A stretch of DNA of 64,000 nt from an uncultured Alphaproteobacteria bacterium (lineage in GTDB: Bacteria; Pseudomonadota; Alphaproteobacteria; HIMB59; GCA-002718135). Position 1 is the first letter of the stretch; each line of letters starts with the position of its first letter. The stretch lies in NCBI GenBank assembly GCA_902587565.1, contig CACILT010000002.1, forward strand, positions 68,884 to 132,883. The letters run 5' to 3'. The notes below the pieces were generated by a model, which saw only the letters and a list, made by a program, of their open reading frames with translations, had not been told where the DNA came from and searched no databases. The position numbers and the translations under genes are program-made. Shown one piece after another: positions 8,192 to 17,724 of the stretch.

Positions 8192-10168
8192 TTGAATAAT
8201 TTAAATAATATCAACAATCTAAGACAATTATCAAATTGTATTAGATTTTTATCAATGGATGCAGTGGAAAAAGCAAAGTCCGGTCATCCTGGTATGCCCA
8301 TGGGTATGGCGGACATCGCAACAGTTCTGTATAAAAATCATTTAAAGTTTGATCCAAATGACCCAAGTTGGATTGATAGAGATAGATTAATTATTTCAAA
8401 TGGACATGGCTCAATGCTTTTATACTCCTGTTTGTATCTAACAGGATATAAAGACATTGATATAAATCAAATTAAAAATTTTAGACAATTACATAATAAA
8501 ACTGCAGGTCACCCAGAATATGGGATTGCAAAAGGAATAGAAACAACAACTGGGCCTTTGTCCCAAGGCTTAGCAAATGCAGTTGGAATGGCGTTAGCAG
8601 AAAAAAAATTATCAAATAATTATGGAGAAGAAGTAATCGATCATTTCACTTATGTTTTTGCTGGAGATGGTTGCTTAATGGAAGGTTTAAGTCATGAAGC
8701 GTGTAGTCTCGCAGGACATTTGAAATTAAATAAGCTTATAATGTTTTTCGATAATAATTCTATTTCTATAGATGGATCGACTGATCTTTCAGTTTCAGAC
8801 AATGTGAAAAAAAGATTTGAAGCTTATAATTGGAATATAATTGAAATAGATGGTCATAACTATAAAGAAATTGACCAAGCTATAGTTCAAGCAAAAGAAA
8901 GTGATGCTCCAACAATTATATCTTGTAAAACTAAAATTGGTTTCGGCTCTCCAAACAAAGAGGGTTCGGCTTCATCACATGGTTCTCCTCTTGGTGAAGA
9001 TGAAATTAGTTTAACAAGAAAAAAATTAGAATGGAATTATCCACCATTCGACATACCAAATGAATTGTTACATGAGTGGAGAAGTTTCTATAAAAGAAAT
9101 GAAGGATTAATAAATTTATGGTTATCAAAAAATAAAGAATTAGTTGAAAGTAAAAATTTTAAAGATAGTTATTATCAAAAAATTAATTCAAAACTTCCAG
9201 AAAAACTTAATGAATTAAAATTTGAACATTTTAATGACAAAACAAATTGTGCATCAAGAAAATCAAGTGAATTAACGTTAAACTTAATTTCAAACTATCA
9301 AAAAAATCTTATTGGGGGATCTGCTGATCTTACTGGATCAAATAACACTAAAGCAAAAGATATGAATGTAATAACATCTAATAATTATAACGGGAATTAT
9401 ATTCATTATGGTATCAGAGAACATGGAATGGCTGGAGTAATGAACGGTATAGCTTTACATAAAGGTTTAATTCCATATGGGGGAACATTTTTGGTATTTA
9501 CTGATTATTGCAGACCTGCAATTAGATTATCAGCTATCATGAACATACCTGTTATCTATGTTATGACACATGACTCAATAGGATTAGGAGAAGACGGACC
9601 GACCCATCAACCTGTTGAACATCTTGCATCTTTACGGGCGATACCAAATTTAACAGTCATCAGACCATGTGATATAATTGAAACTATAGAAGCTTGGGAA
9701 TGTGCTCTAAATAATACTGGGCCTACAATCTTAGTTTTAACAAGACAAAACCTGCCGATGTTACAAAAAGATAATCGAAAAGAAAATCTTGTTAATAAAG
9801 GGGCTTATAAAATTAGAGATTTTAAAGAATATGATGCAACAATTTTATCTTCTGGTTCTGAAGTAGAAATTGCTTGCTCTGCATCAAATAAACTTTTTGA
9901 AAACAATAATTTAAAGATCAGAGTTGTAAGCATGTCTTCATTTGAATTGTTTGAGAAAAATGATGATAGCTATAAATATGAAATTTTAGGCAATAAACCT
10001 ATTTTTGCTATTGAGGCTGGAGTAATAAATGGTTGGGAAAAATATATTAAAAATGAAAATTTTGTTGGTATGTCTACTTTTGGTGAAAGCGGCCCCTATA
10101 AAGATTTATATAAGCACTTTAAAATAACAGACGATTACTTAATTGAAAAAATTATTAAAAATTTATAA
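8192..10168 (+). CDS. tkt: Transketolase
   Basis: Motifs IRFLSMDAVEKAKSGHPGMPMGMAD, GDGCLMEGLSHEA and THDSIGLGEDGPTHQP. A TTG start is required to include the conserved N-terminus. Confidence 0.95.
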   Translation: MNNLNNINNLRQLSNCIRFLSMDAVEKAKSGHPGMPMGMADIATVLYKNHLKFDPNDPSWIDRDRLIISNGHGSMLLYSCLYLTGYKDIDINQIKNFRQLHNKTAGHPEYGIAKGIETTTGPLSQGLANAVGMALAEKKLSNNYGEEVIDHFTYVFAGDGCLMEGLSHEACSLAGHLKLNKLIMFFDNNSISIDGSTDLSVSDNVKKRFEAYNWNIIEIDGHNYKEIDQAIVQAKESDAPTIISCKTKIGFGSPNKEGSASSHGSPLGEDEISLTRKKLEWNYPPFDIPNELLHEWRSFYKRNEGLINLWLSKNKELVESKNFKDSYYQKINSKLPEKLNELKFEHFNDKTNCASRKSSELTLNLISNYQKNLIGGSADLTGSNNTKAKDMNVITSNNYNGNYIHYGIREHGMAGVMNGIALHKGLIPYGGTFLVFTDYCRPAIRLSAIMNIPVIYVMTHDSIGLGEDGPTHQPVEHLASLRAIPNLTVIRPCDIIETIEAWECALNNTGPTILVLTRQNLPMLQKDNRKENLVNKGAYKIRDFKEYDATILSSGSEVEIACSASNKLFENNNLKIRVVSMSSFELFEKNDDSYKYEILGNKPIFAIEAGVINGWEKYIKNENFVGMSTFGESGPYKDLYKHFKITDDYLIEKIIKNL

Positions 10169-10179
10169 GAGGGAGAAAA

Positions 10180-11184
10180 ATGAAAGTTGCTATAAATGGA
10201 TTTGGGAGAATTGGAAAACTTGTTTTTAGAGCTTTATTAGAAAAAAATCCTAAAGATATTAATATTGTTGCTATAAATGAGCTAGGTAGTGTTGAAAGTA
10301 GTGCTCACTTGCTAAAATATGACAGTGTGCATGGTATCCTTAAAGATGAGATTACATCAATTAAAAATGGATTAAAAATTGGAAAACATAAAATTAATTT
10401 TTATTCTGAAAGAGATCCAAATAATCTTCCTTGGAAATCTCTTAAAGTTGATGTTGTTCTTGAATGTAGTGGTGTTTTTACTTCAAAAGAAAAAGCAATT
10501 TCTCATTTAAATGCGGGGGCTAAAAAAGTTATTATTTCTGCACCAGCTTCAAATGTAGATGCTACAATAGTTCAAGGAGTAAATAACGATACTATTAAAA
10601 AAAATCATAATGTAATTTCAAACGGATCTTGCACTACTAACTGTCTTGCTCCTTTAGCTATGGTACTTGATGAAAAGTTAGGAATTGAAAGTGGTTTCAT
10701 GACAACAATACATAGTTACACTGGTGATCAAAGAACTGTTGATCAAACCCATTCTGACTTTAGAAGAGCAAGGGCTGCAGCTGAGTCAATGATTCCGACT
10801 TCTACAGGAGCGGCAAAAGCTTTGAGTCTAGTCTTACCAAAATTAAAAGGCAAACTTGATGGAACGGCAATTAGAGTACCTACTCCAAATGTCTCACTTA
10901 TAGATCTTACATTTTTAAGTAAGAAAAAAACTAGTCAAGAAAAAATTAATTCTATAGTTCTTCAAGCTTCAAAAACTAAAAAATTAAATGGAATTCTAAC
11001 AACAAACTCATTACCTCTAGTTTCAATTGATTTTAATCATAATTCAAGCAGTTCCGTATTTGATATGAGTCAAACACAAGTTGTCAAAGATAAATTCTGT
11101 AGAGTTTTATCCTGGTATGATAATGAATGGGGATTTTCAAATAGAATGGTAGATACTATGGTTGATCTTAAAAAATTTATTTAG
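10180..11184 (+). CDS. gap: Glyceraldehyde-3-phosphate dehydrogenase
   Basis: Motifs INGFGRIGK, SNGSCTTNCLAP and WYDNEWGFSNR. Confidence 0.95.
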   Translation: MKVAINGFGRIGKLVFRALLEKNPKDINIVAINELGSVESSAHLLKYDSVHGILKDEITSIKNGLKIGKHKINFYSERDPNNLPWKSLKVDVVLECSGVFTSKEKAISHLNAGAKKVIISAPASNVDATIVQGVNNDTIKKNHNVISNGSCTTNCLAPLAMVLDEKLGIESGFMTTIHSYTGDQRTVDQTHSDFRRARAAAESMIPTSTGAAKALSLVLPKLKGKLDGTAIRVPTPNVSLIDLTFLSKKKTSQEKINSIVLQASKTKKLNGILTTNSLPLVSIDFNHNSSSSVFDMSQTQVVKDKFCRVLSWYDNEWGFSNRMVDTMVDLKKFI

Positions 11185-11582
11185 TGCCTAGAAAAATTTG
11201 TTTTGCAGTATCGACACTAACACAAATTGAGACTTTAATAGAATTTCGAAAATCAAAGTTCAAAACTTCAATCATATTTATAAAATATTTTTTAATTAAA
11301 GGTTTTAAGATAGAGTGGCTTAGAACCTTAATAAACCATATTAAAAATAAATATAAGACACACAATATTAAGTTTTTTGTCGACTCAGGCTATGATCAAG
11401 GTCTTAGTATATTATTAACTCATGAAAATATTGATTATTTAAAATTAAAAAATAATAAAATTGTTTTAAATAAAATTAATCAAATTGCTAAAAAAAATAA
11501 GGTTTTATTAAATCCAACTTTTGATGTAGTAGATCTTACAAAAATTAAAAATATACAAAAAAAACTAAAGATAAAATTATGA
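11184..11582 (+). CDS. Hypothetical protein
   Basis: 132-aa ORF with a GTG start that fills the gap between gap and efp exactly. I recognise no motifs. Composition is host-like. Confidence 0.35.
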   Translation: MPRKICFAVSTLTQIETLIEFRKSKFKTSIIFIKYFLIKGFKIEWLRTLINHIKNKYKTHNIKFFVDSGYDQGLSILLTHENIDYLKLKNNKIVLNKINQIAKKNKVLLNPTFDVVDLTKIKNIQKKLKIKL

Positions 11583-12148
11583 AAATAGATGGAAATGAAA
11601 TTAAAGTTGGAAATATTTTAGAGATTAATAATAAACTTTGGAAAGTTTTGAAAACCCAGCATACTCAACCAGGAAAGGGTGGCGCCTACTTACAAGCTGA
11701 ACTTAAAGAAATAAGAGAAGGTACAAAAATGAATAGCAGGTTTAGATCTTCAGAAACAGTAGAAAGGGCTATCCTGGATGAAAAAGAATTTCAGTATCTT
11801 TATGAGGATAGTAATAATTTTATATTTATGGATAAACAAACCTATGAACAAATAGAACTTGGTTCAGACATATTAACTTCAGATCAATCAAAATTTTTAA
11901 TTGAGAATAGTGATGTTATAATTAATTTCTATAATGAAAAACCGGTTGGAATTGACTTGCCTGATACTGTAGAATTAACTGTCGTAGAAACTGAAGGTGT
12001 TGTAAAAGGTCAAACTGCTGCTTCATCATATAAACCAGCTACCTTGGAAAAAAATATTAAAACAGCTGTACCTCAATTTATTGCAGTTAATGATAAAATA
12101 ATAATAAGTACAATTGATGGTAGTTATATCGAAAAATCAAAAAATTAA
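11579..12148 (+). CDS. efp: Elongation factor P
   Basis: 189 aa with QHTQPGKGGAYLQAELK (the KPGKG-loop equivalent). Typical EF-P length and layout. Confidence 0.9.
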   Translation: MKIDGNEIKVGNILEINNKLWKVLKTQHTQPGKGGAYLQAELKEIREGTKMNSRFRSSETVERAILDEKEFQYLYEDSNNFIFMDKQTYEQIELGSDILTSDQSKFLIENSDVIINFYNEKPVGIDLPDTVELTVVETEGVVKGQTAASSYKPATLEKNIKTAVPQFIAVNDKIIISTIDGSYIEKSKN

Positions 12149-12924
12149 TGCAGCCTGCTGTAATTAATATCTTTGAAAAAGCAGTAAAAAAAGCTGGTAA
12201 GATATTATTAAGAGATTTTGGAGAATTAGAAAATCTACAAATACAATCAAAATCAGTTGGAGATTTTATAACCAATGCTGATATTAAAGTAGAAAAAACA
12301 CTCTTAGAAACACTAAAATATTATTATCCTGATTATACTTACATAACTGAAGAATCTGGTGAAATAAAAGGTGATGAAAATACCATTATAATTGATCCAA
12401 TTGATGGAACATCAAACTTTATTCATGGAATACCTCATGTTGGAATAATTATTGCTAAAATGACTAATAATGAAATCACAGATGGCGTGATTTACAATCC
12501 TATTTTAAATGAATTTTTTTGGAGCTCAAAAGGTAAAGGTGCATGGTGTAATAATAGTAGACTTAGAGTGTCAAACAGGCAAATTTTTTCTGATTGCCTG
12601 ATAGGTACTGGCCTTCCTTTTGGAGAAAGAATTTACAAAAACTATTTAAAGGAAATTGATGAAATACTAAAATCTTCTGCAGGCATAAGAAGGTTGGGAT
12701 CGGCAGGTTTAGATTTAGCATATGTCGCATCAGGTAAATTAGATGGTTTTTGGGAAAGTAATATTAATTTATGGGATATTTCAACAGGTGTACTTTTGGT
12801 TAAGGAGGCAGGTGGAAAAATATCTAAAATAGATGGATCTAATTGGGAGACTAATTGTCGAGAAATAATTGCATCTAACTATAAAATACATGATGAATTA
12901 GTACAAAAACTTTCTTTACTTTAA
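12148..12924 (+). CDS. suhB: Inositol monophosphatase family protein (SuhB-like)
   Basis: Motifs EESG, IIDPIDGTSNFIHG and WDISTGVLLVKEAGG. Confidence 0.88.
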   Translation: MQPAVINIFEKAVKKAGKILLRDFGELENLQIQSKSVGDFITNADIKVEKTLLETLKYYYPDYTYITEESGEIKGDENTIIIDPIDGTSNFIHGIPHVGIIIAKMTNNEITDGVIYNPILNEFFWSSKGKGAWCNNSRLRVSNRQIFSDCLIGTGLPFGERIYKNYLKEIDEILKSSAGIRRLGSAGLDLAYVASGKLDGFWESNINLWDISTGVLLVKEAGGKISKIDGSNWETNCREIIASNYKIHDELVQKLSLL

Positions 12925-12948
12925 AACCAATATAAATATAAGACATTC

Positions 12949-13176
12949 ATGAAAAAAGATATACACCCTAAATATCATGAGATTAACGTTCTTATGACTG
13001 ATGGTTCTACTTTTAAAACTAGGTCTACTTGGGGTAAAGAAGGCGATACTCTTAAATTAGAAATTGATCCTAAATCTCACCCAGCTTGGACTGGCGGTAA
13101 AGCTGGTCTTAATGAATCTGAAGGACAAGTAGCTAGATTCCAAAAAAGATTTAAAGGCCTAAAAATTAATAAATAA
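12949..13176 (+). CDS. rpmE: 50S ribosomal protein L31
   Basis: MKKDIHPKY...HPAWTG...RFQKRF. Confidence 0.92.
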   Translation: MKKDIHPKYHEINVLMTDGSTFKTRSTWGKEGDTLKLEIDPKSHPAWTGGKAGLNESEGQVARFQKRFKGLKINK

Positions 13177-13359
13177 TTATTTAAAAAACTTCTCAGCATT
13201 AAGTTTTAAATTTTCCTTTTTATTTATCTCACCCTCAACTCTTAGTATTTCAGTTTTAAGTTCTGAAATATAGTTTCGTAAATCCTCAACACTAAAATCA
13301 TCCAAATTTAATATCTTAACTGTCTTTTGCTTTTCATCAACTTCAAAAAAATCTGTCAT
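13177..13359 (-). CDS. DUF1192-like small coiled-coil protein
   Basis: 60 aa. LSVEDLRNYISELKTEILRVEGEINKK...AEKFFK matches the alphaproteobacterial DUF1192 pattern. Confidence 0.55.
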   Translation of the reverse strand: MTDFFEVDEKQKTVKILNLDDFSVEDLRNYISELKTEILRVEGEINKKENLKLNAEKFFK

Positions 13360-13385
13360 AGTTATATTTTATTATATATTATTTT

Positions 13386-13952
13386 TTGATTATATTATAT
13401 GAGCCAATTATGAAATATCCTTTGATGCCAAAAGCTACAGCAATATGGTTAGTAGAAAATACAGCTTTAACGTTTGATCAAATTGCTGAATTCTGTGGAT
13501 TACATGAATTGGAGGTTCAAGGAATAGCTGATGGAGAAGTTGCTGTTGGAATGAGAGGTTATGATCCAATTGATAATAATCAATTAACAAAAGAAGAAAT
13601 TGAAAGATGTGAAAAAGATAATGAAGCTCGTTTGAATCTTATCAAATCTGATGTAATTGAGGATTTACCACCAAGAAAGAAAGACACTAAATATACACCT
13701 CTTTCTTTAAGACAAGAAAAGCCATACGCTATATTGTGGCTTATCAAAAGATATCCAACGGAATTAAGTAGTTCTCAAATTGCAAAACTTACTGCGTCAA
13801 CGAAAAATACAGTAGAGGCTATAAGAAATGGTACCTACAGAGAGGCAGTTCTTGAGGCAAAGAGTCCAATGGACGTTGGTTTGTGTACTTATAAGGATCT
13901 CGAAAGAACTTTAAATAGAACTAGGACAAAAAAAGTAGACCAAGAAAATTAA
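13386..13952 (+). CDS. DUF1013 family protein (TrcR-like cell-cycle regulator family of alphaproteobacteria)
   Basis: The segment PLMPKATAIWLVENTALTFDQIAEFCGLHELEVQGIADGEVA is a typical DUF1013 N-terminus. The true start may be the internal MKYPLMPK. Confidence 0.7.
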   Translation: MIILYEPIMKYPLMPKATAIWLVENTALTFDQIAEFCGLHELEVQGIADGEVAVGMRGYDPIDNNQLTKEEIERCEKDNEARLNLIKSDVIEDLPPRKKDTKYTPLSLRQEKPYAILWLIKRYPTELSSSQIAKLTASTKNTVEAIRNGTYREAVLEAKSPMDVGLCTYKDLERTLNRTRTKKVDQEN

Positions 13953-14461
13953 TGATTTTTTATAACGTAATTTAGATAATAGAACATCAAGATTATCCAA
14001 AATAATACCATTGAAATAATAAAAATCTGAAAGTTATATATTTTTATAACTCCGATAGGCTCACCAAGATAATAGGTTAAAGGTCCTAAAACTCCACTTA
14101 AAATAATTCCTAAAATTTTATAACTTTTAAAAAAAGTAAAAATTTCATCAAAAAGAGTACTAAAACTAAACCATAAAATAATCATCCATAATGGCAAAGT
14201 ACCAAGTTTAGTAATAGTTTCAAAATTGTAAATTTGGAAATAAACTAATAAAGTATCAAAAAAATATCCTGGAACTGAAATCAAAAGTGAAATCTTAATA
14301 AATTTTTGTTTATTATGATTAAAATAAAAATAAGTTAGTAAGAAAATAATTCCAACCCAGATGCCCAACATAGAATTAGAAAATTTTGTTTCACCAAATA
14401 CACAGGCTAACCAAGTTAGTTGATAGCCAGTTAAGACTAAAAATACTTTTAGTTTTTGCAT
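13949..14461 (-). CDS. DUF2878-like integral membrane protein
   Basis: 170 aa with several TM helices. Located downstream of the CFA-synthase-like gene, the usual place for DUF2878. Confidence 0.5.
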   Translation of the reverse strand: MQKLKVFLVLTGYQLTWLACVFGETKFSNSMLGIWVGIIFLLTYFYFNHNKQKFIKISLLISVPGYFFDTLLVYFQIYNFETITKLGTLPLWMIILWFSFSTLFDEIFTFFKSYKILGIILSGVLGPLTYYLGEPIGVIKIYNFQIFIISMVLFWIILMFYYLNYVIKNH

Positions 14462-14463
14462 TT

Positions 14464-15657
14464 CTATTTTTGAATTAAGAAATGAGAAACGTCAGTAGAA
14501 CTATTTGAGAATCCTGTTTCACAATAAGAGAAATAAAATTCCCACATTCTTTTAAATTTAATATCAAAGCCAAACTTTGATAAATCATTCCAAGATTTTT
14601 GAAATTGTTTGTTCCACATTTTTAATGTCTTTGCGTAAGAACCGCCAAAACTTAATTTTTCAATACATTTTAACCCAACATGTTTTGCTGAATATTCAAA
14701 TTGTTTTTTAGTTGGAAGCATTCCACCAGGGAAAATATACTGTTGAATAAAATCAGGTCTGTTTTGATAATCTTTAGCTTTTTTTTCATCAATTGTTATA
14801 ACTTGTAGTGCAGCCATACCACCATCGTTGAGAGAATTACGAATTGTATCAAAGTAATTATGCCAGTATTTCTTGCCGACTGCTTCAAACATTTCAATTG
14901 AAACAATATTGGAATATTTTTTTTTGATATCTCTATAATCCGAAAATATAACAGATACTTTTTCAGACAAACCTTCATTTTGAATTTTTTCAGAGGCATA
15001 TTCGTATTGTTCCTTAGAAATAGTTATAGCATCAACTGAACAATTGTAATTTTTCGCTACAAATGATGAAAAGCCTCCCCATCCACATCCAATTTCTAAA
15101 GTTTTAGAATTTGAGTCTAATGATAAAGTTTCAGCAATTTTTCTATATTTGTTAAATTGTGCATCCGATAAATTGGTATTCTTATTATCAAAAAGAGCAG
15201 AAGAATAGGTCATGGTTTTATCTAACCACTTTTCGTAAAAATTATTTCCTAAATCATAATGATATTTAATATTTTTTTTACTCTGTGATTTTGAATTGTT
15301 ATTTAAAAAATGCTTTAATTTGGCAAAAGTAGCAAAAAACAGATTAGTATTTATACTTTGTAAAAAATAACTCTCATTTTTGTGAGAAAGTAGTAATAAA
15401 TTAGTTAAATCGGTGCTTGAAAAGTAACCATTCATATAGGCTTCTGCAAAACCTACAGAACCTTTTTTAAAAATTAAATTTAAAAAATTATAATTATGAA
15501 TTTTTATATTTGCAGATATATCCTCTTCTTTTCCGACAAAAACTCTCTCCTCGCCGGTTGGAAATTGAACTGTTAATTTTCCATATCGAATTTTAGATAA
15601 AAAGTTTACTAATAATTTTTCGACAGTTTTATCAAAATTTGTTTTAAAAAAATTCAT
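14464..15657 (-). CDS. cfa: Cyclopropane-fatty-acyl-phospholipid synthase family SAM-dependent methyltransferase
   Basis: YDLGNNFYEKWLDKTMTYSSALF, LEIGCGWGGF (SAM motif I) and a CMAS-like C-terminus. Confidence 0.85.
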   Translation of the reverse strand: MNFFKTNFDKTVEKLLVNFLSKIRYGKLTVQFPTGEERVFVGKEEDISANIKIHNYNFLNLIFKKGSVGFAEAYMNGYFSSTDLTNLLLLSHKNESYFLQSINTNLFFATFAKLKHFLNNNSKSQSKKNIKYHYDLGNNFYEKWLDKTMTYSSALFDNKNTNLSDAQFNKYRKIAETLSLDSNSKTLEIGCGWGGFSSFVAKNYNCSVDAITISKEQYEYASEKIQNEGLSEKVSVIFSDYRDIKKKYSNIVSIEMFEAVGKKYWHNYFDTIRNSLNDGGMAALQVITIDEKKAKDYQNRPDFIQQYIFPGGMLPTKKQFEYSAKHVGLKCIEKLSFGGSYAKTLKMWNKQFQKSWNDLSKFGFDIKFKRMWEFYFSYCETGFSNSSTDVSHFLIQK

Positions 15658-16431
15658 TTAAAAATTACCTTCAAAACTCACTGTATCATTTGGCTTCTTA
15701 TTTCGTGCATAATATTTACCACCTTTGTAAATTATTTTTAAAGCCTCATAAAGAATTCCAGCCATTACCTTGAAGCCTAAAAGAGGATTATAATATAAAA
15801 ATTTAAACATATTTTTTGAGTTAAAATCTATAAATTTGCCATGCTGTGTAGCTGTTAGAACTTTTTTATTATTTTTATCATAAAGATCAATGTTAATATT
15901 TATTTTATCTTTTTGCATTCGATTAAAAAATTTATAATTTGCCTCCATTTCTATGAATGGAGATACATAAAACTGCTTTGCACATTCATGAGATAATTTA
16001 AAATCTTCAAAATTTACATTTCCTTTAAAAATATAGGTATGTTGTTCATTAGTCGTATTTTTAACTTCATAGAAAATAGATATTAATTTTTTATCATCAT
16101 AACAATATATAATTGATAAGGGATCAAATACATATCCCAAAATTCTTGGAAAACATAATATCATTATATTAAGATGTTTATATTTAATATTAAATTTAGA
16201 GAGGGAATCTTTAACGAATGTCTTTATTGACCTTTTGTCTCTATATCCATGATCTTTTTCATAAATAGAAAAAAGATTAAAAGAGTTTAATGAAAAAAGT
16301 TTATAGTTTTTACTTAATTGATCAAGATTATCCAAATTAATAAAAAGACTTGGTACCTCATATTTCAATGTGTGTTTAAATGGAATAAATCTTTTATGAA
16401 TAATGCTAGATAATAGAATTTGAGAAATCAT
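15658..16431 (-). CDS. DUF1365 family protein
   Basis: H.R..P..H.F.Y-type N-terminus (IIHKRFIPFKHTLKYEVPSLFINLD). Conserved partner of the CFA-synthase-like and amine-oxidase-like genes. Confidence 0.7.
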   Translation of the reverse strand: MISQILLSSIIHKRFIPFKHTLKYEVPSLFINLDNLDQLSKNYKLFSLNSFNLFSIYEKDHGYRDKRSIKTFVKDSLSKFNIKYKHLNIMILCFPRILGYVFDPLSIIYCYDDKKLISIFYEVKNTTNEQHTYIFKGNVNFEDFKLSHECAKQFYVSPFIEMEANYKFFNRMQKDKININIDLYDKNNKKVLTATQHGKFIDFNSKNMFKFLYYNPLLGFKVMAGILYEALKIIYKGGKYYARNKKPNDTVSFEGNF

Positions 16432-17723
16432 TTAAAATTAATTTGCAATCTATTATAAAAATTTTTCTCTCTCTTCCAAGGTAAATCACAATTTAACAAT
16501 TTACAAATATAAGAAGATGATTGAATGCCGTCTTCATGAAAACCATATCCAAGGTAAGCCCCACAGAAAAAAGTATTATTCTTTCCTTGGATTTCCATAA
16601 CATTTTTTTGAGCTAAAATAGTATCGGTAGTATATATTGGATGATTAAATGATGTTTCGTTAATTATGTTTTTAGGCTTTTTATATGGATTAACAGTTAC
16701 AAAATAATTTTGTTTAGTTGGTAATTTTTGCAAGAAATTCATCCAATAAGTTAAAGTAAATTTAGAAGATGATGATTTATTTAAAAAATTCCAACTTGAC
16801 CAAGCAATTTTTGATTTAGGCATTAAAGAGTGATCGGAGTGAAGTATTGCGGAATTAGTTGAATATTTAAATTGTGAAAATATTTTTACTTCTTCTTCTG
16901 TTGGTTTTTCTAAAATATCCAATACTTGATTTGCATGGGTTGCAAATATTACCTTATGAAATTCTAATATATTATTTTTCTCATCTTCTATTTTAATTTT
17001 ATTATTTTCTCTAATAATTTTTTTAATTTTGAAATTTATTTCATACTCAAAAACATTTTTATTAATAATTTTTTTTATATATTCGTTACTACCGCCTTCT
17101 ACATATTTCCATTGAGGTCTTTTTTTTAAATTAAATAAAGCGTGATTTTTAAAAAAATTAATGAATGTTATGAGAGGAAAATTTTTTACATCACTTATAT
17201 TGCTTGACCATATAGATGATATCATAGGTAAAATATGATAATTTATTAGGTATGTTGAAAAATTATTAGTTTTTAAAAAATCATTTAAGGTTTTAGTTTG
17301 CTCTAAATCACTAACATTCAATCTATTACATAATATATAAAGTTTTCTTATTTCAAATAACATTTTAAAAAAATTAAAAGAAAACATATTTCTAAAATTA
17401 GCAAAAAGAGAAAATATATTTTTGCCACTATATTCAATTTGAGGATCTTGATTTGAGACGGCAAAAGACATATCTGAATTTTTACATTTCACATCAAGTA
17501 ATTTAAAAAAATTTGTTAAATCTGGATAATTATTTTCATTGAATACAATAAACCCTGTATCGACTGGGATTGTCTTTGTTGATTCTTCAACATAGATAGT
17601 TCTTGTATGTCCACCCAATCTATTATTTTTTTCAAATAAATAAACATCATATTTAGAAGATAAAAGGTAAGCTGCACTTATTCCTGAAATACCAGAACCA
17701 ATGATTGCTATTTTTTCTCTCAC
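16428..17723 (-). CDS. NAD(P)/FAD-binding amine-oxidase-like oxidoreductase
   Basis: Rossmann motif IAIIGSGISGISAAYLL...YLFEKNNRLGGHT. Confidence 0.8.
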   Translation of the reverse strand: MREKIAIIGSGISGISAAYLLSSKYDVYLFEKNNRLGGHTRTIYVEESTKTIPVDTGFIVFNENNYPDLTNFFKLLDVKCKNSDMSFAVSNQDPQIEYSGKNIFSLFANFRNMFSFNFFKMLFEIRKLYILCNRLNVSDLEQTKTLNDFLKTNNFSTYLINYHILPMISSIWSSNISDVKNFPLITFINFFKNHALFNLKKRPQWKYVEGGSNEYIKKIINKNVFEYEINFKIKKIIRENNKIKIEDEKNNILEFHKVIFATHANQVLDILEKPTEEEVKIFSQFKYSTNSAILHSDHSLMPKSKIAWSSWNFLNKSSSSKFTLTYWMNFLQKLPTKQNYFVTVNPYKKPKNIINETSFNHPIYTTDTILAQKNVMEIQGKNNTFFCGAYLGYGFHEDGIQSSSYICKLLNCDLPWKREKNFYNRLQINFK

Positions 17724-17724
17724 A

